Notes under the pieces: model-generated
The model's input: the letters and a program-made list of their open reading frames with translations, nothing else
Databases searched by the model: none
Told to the model about the DNA's origin: nothing
In this document: positions 27,120 through 39,425 of the stretch, in pieces
How positions within the stretch are numbered: the stretch's first letter is position 1
How the letters are laid out: every line of letters starts with the position of its first letter
DNA from: Tubiluchus corallicola
Taxonomy: Eukaryota > Animalia > Priapulida
Length of the DNA stretch: 64,000 nucleotides
Assembly (NCBI GenBank): GCA_030141605.1
Contig: JAQGDQ010000041.1
Location: 620,001-684,000 of the forward strand
Direction: 5' to 3'
Position numbers and translations under genes: made by a program

Positions 27120-27620
27120 TGTTGACATGTATAGCTGTACATTAGTAGTATCCTCTGCTATCTGACATAGAGAACATTTCAGATTCACTTTGTATACAAA
27201 TTTTTAAAATTCGTATGACTGCCACTATCTTTCATTTCATCTACCCCGCACTTTAAATGCATTTGTCTTTTAAAGGTTTTGTTTTTTTTAAATCTCAATT
27301 TTGCCAAAGCTTCTATTTTAATTTTAAATTCTTTTCTATAAATAAATCAATTTCCTTTTTTACACATTTTTTCCTCTAGACTTGTTTATTGCATTCATAT
27401 CCACTGTATTTATATCAATATTATATTTACTAAAAATATGTTTAAATATATTGATCAATATCAACATTTATTAAAGTTATTTTATTTGCACTTGTAAGAC
27501 TTGCTTGACTAATTTTCGTCGTTTGAGTTCATTGAGTACATGTGGCTGGTGAAACTGAATTTTAGGCGAATTTCGCTGATTGTTTCAACTACAGTTGAGT
27601 TTATTTAATATGAAATATAT
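27120..27620 (-). mobile_element. Second, more decayed LINE 3' remnant resembling the element at 26200-26925
   Basis: Minus-strand fragments RRKLVKQVLQVQ, AKLRF, NLKCSLCQIAEDTT occur in the same order as in the + strand copy. Confidence 0.5.
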
Positions 27621-27975
27621 GTGGTAGCTATTTAAACAAAATTCAAATTATTTATTTTTTCCTAGCAAAAAATCAACATCATCAATTACAACGTATGAAC
27701 AAAGTGGATGGGAAGGGAAAAATATTTTAATAGCAAAAGTTAAAAAGAGTTGTTTCAATAGTTTGCATTGACATAAATGCTGCTTTTGCATAACACTTTT
27801 TCACAGCTGCTGCGGGCACTCCTGTCCCTGTTCCGTACGTGCTAAATTATGCAGTGAAGTGAAGTGATGTTTGGTATTTGCAATCTAGCAGTAACCCTCG
27901 TCGCCGCCGTCGGCACACATGCGGCAGTAATACAGAAAAGTTATAATAACAGTTGGATTTTTTCAATTTTTTAAA

Positions 27976-30900
27976 ATGCTGCCACCAAATTCTCTGACAA
28001 GGTTGGTTAATTGAATTTTATATTGTTTACGAAAATTTAAGAGAATTGCTCGGTGCGGTACCTTAGTTTGCTCAGCATTTCAGGACGGTTTCAGGATCAG
28101 TGCCTCTGACTCTTGTCTCAGGGCAGATTACTGAAAAAGAGTATTATTCCGTTATAACATTTGTCAGTTATGCTCAAGTTGCACGTCATCGTTTAGCATA
28201 TTCTATTTTTCATTATCTCATAAAGAAAGGTTTTGGCATAATTAACATTGTCTGCAGTTAATCTTCTCTTCCTCTGTATCACCTTCCCAATTTATTTCTT
28301 TTTTCCTTATAAAATGAGCAATGTAGTAATATGTGTTTCAAACTTCAATACCATCATTACAATTACAATGAGAAACTCTGATTAAGATCCACGGCCACCC
28401 CCATCATTTAAATAGCTGAAAGTGATAAAATACTAAACATAGTTTTTGGATAATTTAATCTGTTCGGCATGTTTAGTCAGAATAACTCACCTTAACTCGA
28501 CTCACCTTTGCAGCTACCCCCATTATTCTGGCTATTTTTGAAACTTTAATTTTGGTAACCATTGTGTAAGGAACCCATTACTGGGTTATATCATACACTA
28601 AGGGTACAAGTATCATGCTGTAGAAAAAGTCAGTGTTTGCAGACACTTTTCTCATGAATCCAATCTATATATCGTTCTTCAATGGCATTAACATACTTTT
28701 GGATGGCCTCTTTAAACTGATTAACTGTAACTGCTTTGATAGCCTTTTGAAGTAAACTATTCCACAAATCAATTATCCTATGGCTGAAAAAATATTTTCT
28801 TAAATCCAGCTTTGCTCTTTTCTTGTACATTTGTAACTGATGTCCTCGCATCGTCCTCTCATGACTCTTGAAAGTGAAGAAGTTTCCAACATCCACATCA
28901 TCAACTCCTTTGACGATTTTAAAAGCTTGTATTAGATCAGCGCGTGTCCTTCTAGTTAATAGTGCATGCAGACCTAGACTCTTAAGTTGCCGACAATATG
29001 GACCATTCTTCAACCCTTCAACCATTTTTGTAGCCCTTCTTTGGACACCCTCGATTAAACATATGTCTTTAATAAATTACGTATTCCTTTATTGGAGATG
29101 TGCTTTCCAGCTTTTACATCATATGGCATTATGACACCTAAGTCAGTTTCTTCCTGGGCTACATTTAATGAAGTGTTATTAACCATATGATCTTGGTGTG
29201 GATTTGAAAACCCCATATGCATTAACTAACTTTTGCTTTCATTGAATAACATTTCCCATTCTTGTGACCAATTAAAAAGCACTTGTAACGAGTTTCTTAG
29301 CGACAGAATTTCATCATATGTACGTAGTGCCTACTCTACTGCGCATTTTGCAGTCATCTGCAAATTTAGACAATTTTATTCCAACGCCTTCATCAATATC
29401 ATTTACATAAACTAGAAACAACAGGGGTCCCAGAACTGATCCTTGAGGTACCCCAGAAGAAACACGCACATACTTTGAAAAACTGTCTCCAACCACAGTT
29501 CTTTGGGTTCTTATGCACAACCAATTTTCTAAACAATGACATCACACTGTCATGGTCAGTCTTGTATCATTTTATAGGCCAGCAGGATCCGACATTAGTT
29601 TTTTCCTTTTTCTTCGTTAAATTATATAGTTTTCTTGTTTTTTTTTTGTTTTAGGTGTACTGGGCGCCTTCGAGTGATTTTTCAGCACATGGTAATGTTT
29701 ATGTAAATTTCTCAATTTACTGAGTAAACTTTACTGTGATGCTGCATTGCCATTGTCAGCTTTCTTAGATGCTATTAAATTTCAGTGTAAAACAATTTAC
29801 ATTATAAAATTAAGAAAAGTATCATTCTGCATTATACTAAAGTGGATATTTGCATGCATTATTTATATTTAGAAGATGTCATCTGCTAGTAGCGATGAAG
29901 TTATATTGGAGAAAATCGGTACTAAAGGAGTTATCACATTAAATCGTCCAAAAGCTTTGAATGCACTAAATCTTTCAATGATCAGGAAAATATACCCTGT
30001 ATTAAAGGTATGAAGAAGAACAGTACACTTTTTATTTTAGTTTTAAATGAAAGTTTATATCTTCTGGAAGAGCTGGAGAGTGGTACCTTGCTGTGCCAGA
30101 TCTGTGTGGCAGTTGTTTTTTCTGGATAAAAAGCGAATGTATTTTTTACAAATTTCATTCATTTGCTGTTTTTAAAATACTGCACAGCAAACGTTCTAAA
30201 CTTTTTTTAGCAATGGGATGCAGATCCAAGCACTTCCATGGTTATCAGTAAGGGAACTGGTGATAAAGCGTATTGTGCAGGAGGTGATGTCAAAGGTAAC
30301 ATTGTTGTCAACGGCTTAATCTCAACAAGCCTTTCAGATCATATTTCTTCTTTCTGCCACTATTTTGGTGTCACTTAATTTTTAATAAAGCTTTCGAAGC
30401 TTTTTGTTATTTCATTTTTTTTTTCTTTGGCTGCTAGGCCTTAAATAACTGGCATTTATGGTTTTTCTGACAATGCCAAATTACCACAACCTTAAACTGC
30501 TCATGTGTGGATAATGCTTTAATTCTAGTGGATGTAGTTCATTGCAGCACACCCCTGCGAACAATACAGAAATTACTGCATCGGGTACATTTTTCAGACA
30601 GTTTCATATATTAACTTGAAGTACTTTTTGTACAGTTCAGAACTTTGCAAGCTTGGGTCTAGTACTGAGCAGCAGTGCTCACTTAGATAGTGGTTTTAGG
30701 GCTGTTATCTAAGGAATTACCAAGGATAACCTTCTTAAGATACAACACTGAACCGACAGGGATGTTTTAGCTATGTCTAGATGCATGTACATCGTCCCCG
30801 AATGAGGTAAATTGCAGCCTGTGAAGTTTTGCAACACAGACAAGGCAACGGCAACTCCAGACAAATGGTTACACATGGTTATCCATTTGTTTACTGGCTA

Positions 30901-33900
30901 GGCTTATCATTGTTTCAGTTAGTAAGTACACACCACTATAACCATTCGACTGTTCTCTTCTGCTGCGAAGGCATTTAATCCGATGGAACTTTATGGATCA
31001 TCAGTTCACATGCAAAAAATATTAGCTAAAAAGAAATTTATGCTTTTGGATACAGATCCAAGCAAAAAAGCAAATTGTTGGATTAGCCCGTAGTGATTTT
31101 TTTGTGTCTGATAAATGTAGAGCGCTTTTTTTATTTAAATTTTAGCCATTGTTGATGCTGCTGTCGTAGGAGGGTCATTAGCTCATGACTTTTTCAAGGA
31201 AGAATACATCTTAAATAACCAGATTGGTAAGCGTGTTTATTTTGCCTAAATATTTATTACTTTCTCTTACTTTTCATTTTTATTATTTTATTTAAACTGT
31301 GTGTATATTAAGTTTCAAGAAGATGTAATCTCACTTTACACGCCCTGACAATGGGGAGAGTTGGGATCAATGCATAATGCTTACTGAAAACCTCCTCATC
31401 TCATGCTCTTGTCCAATTGTCGTAAAGTTTATAAACAATGCAAATATGTATTCGTAATGCAATATGGGAGGCATGAAGGACGAATTATTTAATGTTTTGC
31501 TTTGTGGTGAAGAGTGTGTAATGCGCTTCATAATCCAACGTGTTACGAAATAGGGTTAAGTTTACTTAAATTATGTTAGTTGATCTGAAGTCAAATGTCA
31601 TTTCAAAGGTAAAGTGTTTTATAATTATACCTACTATTTGTGACAATTGTTTGTTATTCGGAGGTACCTGCATACAATTTTTATTAAAACTCCTCAATTT
31701 GAAATGCATAGACCATTTTTAATATATTGCCAGTTTTGCATTTTTATTAAAGATTTTGCCTCTACTGTATCCAACTTTTGCATGTTCAAGTTTAGTGACT
31801 AAGATAGTATTGAAATGTAAGTACAGTCAACCCTCGTTAAACCGGACTAATTGGGGGGGGGGGGTCCGGTTTAGCCGATTGTCCGATTTATCCGATTGCC
31901 TATATATGGTCTATATTATACAGGAATAATCACCTTAATAAGGCCTATATACATTGCACTAAATACTGTGCACTATATACTATACTGTATATTACTTTAA
32001 AATTGTTAACCTGTGAGGATAAAGAAATTATTGTACAGTTGGTAGGCCGTGTTGTGTTTAGCGCTCGGGCTCGGACGGAAATTGGTCAGTTTCTTTTACC
32101 ACTGATGACGTCCGTCTTATCCGATATCCGGGCTAACGGGGTCCGGTTTAAGGAGGGTCGACTGTATGCAGCTTTTTGAAATTTTAAAATACTTTGAATA
32201 TAAAATCAGTTTTTGAAGTCTTTATTTTATGTTTATTAAAAGTGCTAAGCTAATTCATACCTAGTTATTTTTAGGTACCCTGGTTGTCCCCTATATAGCC
32301 TTAATTGATGGTGTTACAATGGGTGGGGTAAGTACCAATCATTGATATTTCTACTTTTTTTCAACTCTGTTAACTAATAATTGAGATGACTAAGTTCGTT
32401 TTAACTTTTAACCTTTCTATGCCATTGACTGTTGTTGGATTGCTAGAATATATCAGCTAATGATGTTGGACAGTTTTTATATTTAGTTACACGTGAAAGA
32501 ACTAACATTTTTTCAGAGTACTATTGATTAAAAACGAATGTTGCCAAAAACATTGTTCACATAGATAACTTTTTTGTGAATACGTGAAATGCAGCATTAT
32601 TAATTTACTAGCGAACATTCAAGCAAAATCAGTTTTCTTTAAGTTATGATAAAGATGACACATTGCTACTGTTTTAATGAGGTACCAAAAATTTCCTTTC
32701 ATTTTATGTGCTTGAATTTTTTAAGAATATGTAGTAGTTTAATAAGTTACAACCAAGACTCACACTGTGCACAATATTGTATGATGACATAAAGTTAAAG
32801 ATGACATATCGGTACATGCAGTAGCATTTTCAAAATCAGAATAATTTTAAAATGTACAAAGAACTCTATTAACCTTACACTTTACAACCAAGCATTTCTC
32901 ACAACTCAAACCATCTATTACAAGACTAAATTATATTTAAAACCTTTAATTTTACTGTATGAGATTCCCGTAAGGAAATTTATATAATATACCTGCTTAA
33001 TCAAATGATCAAACATTGACTGAGAAAGAGATATCTAAACTCTTGGGCACAAGAACAATTAAATGCCAATAGCTTGCTGTCAACTGAATTTCATAAAAAC
33101 TGTAACAGCTCAACACAATGGCAATAAAATATTCCTATTATGTTGAGCTGTTGCAGTTTTTATGATATTCACTTGACAGCAAGCTATTAGCATTTAATTG
33201 TTCTCGTGCCCAAGAGTTTAGATTTCTCTTAGTCTGCCCCATGTTTGAATTGCTACAACTATGCACCTATAATGTAGTCTTATAATGGATGATTGGGTCG
33301 TAGGAAATGCTTGTTTGTTCTGGATTGTCTATATGCCGAATTGTTATCTTTATATTTTGTTACACATAGTTAGAATCCACATGAAGAGTGAAATATTCAA
33401 CAAAAATTTTGGATTTTTGTTGTAATGCTCTTTAGACAATTTCAAGTAGAAGAAAATTTAGTTTAATATGCATTGCACTGGAAAAGCATAGTTTAGAGCT
33501 AGGCTGATATTTTTAGAGGTTCTTTGATAATGTATTTCACTGATTTTTCTTTGATAATGATAATACACTGGTGAATCCTCACCTCCCTAAATTATAAACT
33601 AACAGGATTCTGGAAAAGCTGGTAAAACTAGAGATGCATACAAATAATTTGAGATGTATTATGAGTTTGTGTATTCCAATATTGATAATTTGAATGTTTG
33701 ATTGATTTTAAGCGAGCATCAAAAGTATCTTAATTAATTACTGTTTTTAAAAATGAAAAATGGCATAAATTTCCTTCAATGTTTAGCAAATTTAAAATAT
33801 CACCAATTATTACAATTTTCTTATTAGAACTTATAACTTTAACTGAAATTGTTATGCCTCTAAGCTCTTCATACTTTTGGGTACGGTGTTCAACGAAATC

Positions 33901-36900
33901 GGCTCAAGTTATGCTTGAGTACTAGAAAAGCTATAATTTTTTTTCGTACATTGTTTTTATCGAAATGTGCTTGATCACGGTAGTCAAATTAGAAAGTCAT
34001 TACTCATTAAAAGAAAGCCAATTTTAGTTATTGCTTTGAGCGTTGCTAGTTGGCTGGTGAATGAAAGTATTTACATTCTGTTAAAGAACTACTATTCCTA
34101 AAAAAGTCTTTATGCCGTTATTATAGGGAGTTGGTTTATCAGTTCATGGACCATTTAGGGTAGCCACTGAGCGAACGGTTTTTGCTATGCCAGAAACTGC
34201 AATAGGTAAATATTTGTAAAATGCATTTTTCACGGCAAAATTGATGTGCTTTATAGTTTGTATGGAACTGCGTTTAAGTTCATCTGCTTGTAACATTACA
34301 CTAGAGATTGGAACAGAATTTTGTAAAAATGTGTGATATTTACTTAAGAACTGTTTTAATAGTCCCCAGAACATTTTTATAGGAAATTAAGTAATAACCT
34401 AAACCTTTAGTTCTTATTCTTCAGCAAGAAAAAATCCTGTTCCGTATGTGACATAAATACATCCACTGTGTGCATTTGTGTTCAAAAAAATAGTTTATAA
34501 ATACATACATCTGCAGAACAGAAAATACAGCCATTATACTTTTTATATTTCTAAATTCAGAATTTTGTTTGATTTGGTAGATTTATTGACTGCTTATGGC
34601 TGTTGAAGTTTTGCACACTTGTTTCTGACATGCAAAACATGCTGTTCTTGTTTATGTTCCAATTTGTTATTATCTATTCCCAGTTGTCTCACAGAACCAT
34701 AGCTTTGTTATCTCTTTTCAGGCTTATTTCCAGATGTGGGAGGAGGACATTTCTTACCTAGGTTAGGTGGTAAACTAGGTATCTTTTTAGCTCTAACCGG
34801 TTTTCGCTTAAAAGGTCGTGATATCCAAAGAGCCGGAGTTGCAACACACTTTGTTGAATCGAAAAAGGTAAGAAAATCACATATCTATTTACAGTATATA
34901 CAGTGTTGAATGAATGATTTTATGATTTGTAAATTTGTTCGCTAACAATTTACTGTTGATTTGTGTAGTTGGAAAGCTTTAGAAACCCATATTGGTATTT
35001 AAGAGTAATGAAATAAAGAAATATCCAGTTGTGGTTATATGTGTAAGTCAAATCAGTTACATATTGATACATGTGTTAGTATGCTAACACGTCCTGTTTT
35101 GAACACTTACTTGTTTTTGTATTAAGTGTTTCTTGTGGGTTTTGGCAGAATTTTCTCCAACTGTTGCAAGAGCTTTCGTTTTAAAACTCTATGCCAACTA
35201 AATGCTTGCTGAGTTAGTTTTACTTGAATGAATTCAAACTTTCAGTCGGATGTTGTGAATTGCTCTGTGTCGACCATTTGTATAAGTTATCTAAGATGTA
35301 AGCAACTTTTTGATGTTCTCTTTACAATCTGTTGATCATATTATATTAAATTCCAGTTTCGTTTGCAACTTTGTTGTTCTTGATGGAGAAAAACAATAGT
35401 AAAAGTAAATTTGTTAACATAAATAATACAATCGCATTTTATTTTTGTATTAATGTTAATCAAATACTCTGCATTTATAACTTGTACACCATTTTTGGCT
35501 TATGACACCATATTTGACGTGTGCCAAAATTTGTACCCCATTTCTTCTGACGCTTTGTGACACACAATTTTGTTCAGCATTTAGAGAAAAATTACAGTTT
35601 CCTTTTTTATTTTCCAAGTGGATCCTCCCACCTAGCTCTCTTGAACTCTGTTTTTTTTAAAATGCTTATTGAAATTAGGACTATTATAAAACTAGCCAAA
35701 CAGGAATGATAACTCTGCTTTTACTTGAATAATGTATTTTGCTAAGGGTTTGGTCATTTGTGTTATTTTACAGTTAGAACAATTGGAAAAAGATTTACTA
35801 AGTCTAGAGAATGCTTCAAATCATGACATAGCTGAAGTTATTGAAAAATATCAGAGAGAGGTATGTTTAAATGAAAAACTTTGTGGGTCGCTTGTGCAGT
35901 TCATGTTTGACCCTATCATTTGGGCATTATTGGCATTTAAATCAAAGCATCTAATTAGCAAGAAAAAGTAAATTTTATTCCAGCTGCGTGTTAGATATCA
36001 GTAATCTGGTAAAAAGGTTACTTTACCATGATTGGAAAATATGATGATTTTTCATGTCCTACCTCATTTTGAAGTATGGTACAAAGTGTAAATTTCTACA
36101 CCAGTAACAATGCCAAACTGCTTCTGATAATCGAGTAATAGGTTAAAAACTTAATTAATGGCCTTCAAGCCTAGCTAATGATAACGTCAGAACTGAGCGT
36201 AATTTTCAACAGCACAAACATTTCATGAGAGTGTTGCACGTGTTTGCAAAAGCGAAATTGACGTACTATGTTACTGTAAAACATTCAGTGTGATACACTA
36301 AAACTCTGCAAATTTTAAGTTTAAAAATTTAAGTTTCAAGTTTACTGCTGTGCTCACACAATCTCTCAAATTTGTGCACCGCATCACAACTGAACAACAG
36401 TGAGAGATATAGTGGCTGCTTTTTCTGCAATGCACTTTCAAGTTGTAGGGGTTACTGCCCATCTAACTAGGGAATGGCGAAATGCATGTAAAAGTGAAGA
36501 ACTAGCCGCACAAAGACAAAATCCGATTTCTACGGTAATACTTCTTTCAAGTAAGTCATTCTTAAGAAAACCAATATGTTCCCATTTAATGTTTCATGGA
36601 TTAGATTGTTTTGAGCTGTAGTTTAAGTTTGGGTCCGGTTTTCATTTAATTGGTATGTGTGTGGGCCTGGACTAGTGGTAACCTTCCACATTCCAGAAAG
36701 GGAACAAAAGATTCGTCTAGTAAACCCATTTAGTGTTGTCGTGAACAATGGCGGGTCTTAGCTTACTCATTAGTAAGTATAATCCTTTGAGGTGATATGC
36801 AGAACCAGTGGAGGTGTCTGAATGACATATAAGTACAATTGTACATACATGACATAAATGTACACATCAGCAGCCAGGAACTACTACGGGTATGGCAAAT

Positions 36901-39425
36901 AAAACTGCCTAGAATTGATTTTACTGGTGGTCATCCATCATTTGTAAACTAACCAGGCAGTGCATTGACTAATTGCAGTCACTAAGCTATTTTCTCTCAT
37001 TTTCAACTGTTAATAAGGTTAAAATAAAGTTAATAGCCAAAAATTTCTGCTACAGAGAAGTTAGGTTAGGATAAAGAATTTGTATTTAGTGCTATACATG
37101 GACAAAATATGCACGGTAAATTTTTAGCAGTCAGATTTTTCCTTTGCTAAGTTAGGATGAGACTAAAAAATCTGTACTGTCAGCTGCACTAAGACCAATG
37201 CTGAGAATGAAATTGTCTTGTTTTTTGCAGAGTGAGCTGGATGAGGATAAGGAATTTGTTCTTCAACCACATATGGACAAAATCAATAAACTGTTCGATG
37301 GTCAGACAATGGAAGAAATTTTTAGAAACTTAGAAACTGATGATTCGGAATGGGCAACGAACCAACTGAATTTGCTTAAAACCATGGCATGTGTAAAAAC
37401 CATATTATTATTTTAGCTGATTTATTTGCAAAGTTTGCTTCATACTGTTAGGTTGTTTGCGTAGACTATAATTTCAGTGTTAAGTGAGTACAACCCAGTT
37501 AAAAGTTCGTTGATATCTGTCAAGCACCCGGCACACCGAATTATAACGTTAAGTAAAGAATTTTGCGATGATCTTGGCCAGACCTTGGAAAATTACGGCA
37601 AAATAAAAAAGAATTGCTTCCATGTTGTCACTGGCCTCTTTCCCTTTGTACTACACTTGCTATGAATATAGTGGCACATTTTTAAAAGTATAGTGCAGAA
37701 GCAAGCAAACAAGTCCAAAATTAGAGGCTGACGCAAGTATGATGACACCATGTTTATGAAGAGTTTAGTATGATGGAATAATGCTCATAACATGACTACA
37801 CCATCTAAATCGATCCGGTATCATATTTCTACGGCAGTCTGTTTCTTGAACGTGCTTAAAATTTTTCTGTGACAATGAAAAGCTTCAAAATTACAAAGCG
37901 TCCCTTGTGGTTTCCGTCACATTGTTACTAGATTGAGAAGACCTTACTGCAATCTGACAGAGACCTGGCCAATTTTTGTGGTCACAGCGAGGCCATCCAT
38001 CGCTGTGACGGGGGCATAACTCTGTAATTTGTGCCTCTATGCCTACAGGAAAAAATCTCAAAATAGTTTTCACGTGATTTTGAAGTTTCAAATGTAATTT
38101 ATTTTTGTTGCAGTTTATTTTGATATTTTAGCAATTGCATATTAGTTGCATAGTTAGTTATTCCTCCAAAATTTTATTTTGTCAAATAAAGTCCTAATAA
38201 ATAAATTTGTTCTTTTATTCATTCAGTCTCCTATGTCAATGAAAGTAGCTTTGAGGCAAATATTAGAAGGAGCAACCAAGAGCTTACAGGAGAACCTAAT
38301 AACGGAGTATCGAATTAGTCAACGTTGCATTGAGAACAAAGATTTTCCCGAGGGCGTACGTGCAGGTAAATTTAACAGCTTTTGTCTGGTAACTTTTAAT
38401 TTTGTCCTGTTTAGGATGAGGGAGGATCTTTTTTTTAAGTTCCAAACAAATTTGTTGAGCACTGTCAGTGAGGTCTGCTAAGTCATCTCATAATTGTCTT
38501 AAACTTCATATAGGAAAACTTTTTGTATTCCACTCTTATACATGTGTAAAGAGTCTTGGCGGGACATTGCTCTGTATATCTGAATTGATCAGTAACTTTA
38601 CTGACATACAGTCATACTGCTATCATTACAGGAAACACATTACATCGTATTAACATGTAGTTATTCATTTTTTATTGGCTTGATGACAATATTAAACATA
38701 AAATGTTTATTTTTTAATCTTTCTTAGCAAAAGATGAGTAAGTGCTAAAATGTTTCTAATTTACCATTTAATTTATATACAAAATTGATAAACGTTTTCG
38801 GCTTTATGGCATTGTAAAAAGCTTTCTTCTTTATCCACCCTGTATATCAAGGTCTTGTAGCATTAGGTGAAGCCATTACATCGAACTAACTGAGAATTAT
38901 TCATCAAGTAAAACAGCTTATGTTGCAACATCATCTCCTAAAAATATATTGAGAAAGCAGACGAACACTTTCTCAGATTGTTCTTGCTGGCAGCATATAT
39001 GTTATATTAGGCACTCATATCAGTACATTTATCCAATTCATATGTGATATGGTTTTAAAATTAGTTAATTGTGTTAAGTGGAATTGAGAATTTTTAAACA
39101 GCATTTGTTTGTCGATATATATTTCGATAAGTAAATTTTATAAATCACATTGATTGATAAGGCAAGGCCTGTCTTAATAAAACTCTCAAGTGCCCAATTT
39201 TTGCCTTATAAATCAGCACAATAGCTTAATACATGTCTCAGCTGACATTATAAGTAACTTTACTTCCACAGTTTTCTGATTTCTTGATGCTGAATTTTCA
39301 TTTTAGTCTTGGTAGATAAAGACAACAAACCAAAGTGGCAACACTCATGTTTAGAAGAATGTACAGATGAAAAAGTTGCTACATTTTTCGCGCCATTGCC
39401 ACCAGAACGTGAGCTTGTGTTGTAG
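27976..39425 (+). CDS. HIBCH: 3-hydroxyisobutyryl-CoA hydrolase, mitochondrial; 12 coding exons, ~380 aa
   Basis: Exons 27976-28001 (least certain), 29655-29691, 29873-30007, 30211-30295, 31146-31226, 32275-32327, 34127-34205, 34722-34867, 35774-35860, 37231-37386, 38227-38365 and 39307-39425 join in frame (1143 nt). Motifs: [76 protein letters not shown]. Confidence 0.95.
28630..29560 (-). mobile_element. 5'-truncated, decayed CR1-like LINE (RT C-terminal half) in HIBCH intron 1
   Basis: [26 protein letters not shown] catalytic motif, [36 protein letters not shown]; frames interrupted. Confidence 0.9.
30700..30925 (-). repeat. Old SINE-like remnant with 5S rRNA-like head
   Basis: Weak similarity to the 5S internal promoter region and to the copy at 36760-36985, judged by eye. 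Confidence 0.3.
31824..32164. mobile_element. Tc1/mariner (pogo/Tigger-type) MITE, 341 bp
   Basis: 24-bp TIRs CAGTCAACCCTCGTTAAACCGGAC / GTCCGGTTTAAGGAGGGTCGACTG (22/24 match), TA on both flanks, internal TCCG subrepeats. Confidence 0.92.
33026..33230. repeat. Fold-back element / long inverted repeat (~100-bp arms)
   Basis: AAGAGATATCTAAACTCTTGGGCAC...CAGCTCAACA is mirrored by TGTTGAGCTG...GTGCCCAAGAGTTTAGATTTCTCTT with few mismatches and almost no loop. Confidence 0.92.
36760..36985 (-). repeat. Old SINE-like remnant with 5S rRNA-like head
   Basis: Minus strand reads GCCTGGTTAGT...GATGGATGACCACC, compared with 5S rRNA GCCTGGTTAGTACTTGGATGGGAGACCGCC. Confidence 0.4.

Noticed and set aside
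27867-27973. Upstream ATG as HIBCH start
   Set aside because: Frame ends in TAA without a good donor; the ATG at 27976 gives a phase-compatible exon
28630-29560. Reverse transcriptase as a domesticated or novel RT system
   Set aside because: Truncated, frameshifted ordinary CR1-like LINE fragment
36041-36127. Possible C/D box snoRNA (ATGATGA...CTGA) in a HIBCH intron
   Set aside because: No convincing terminal stem or recognisable rRNA guide; such motifs are common in AT-rich DNA
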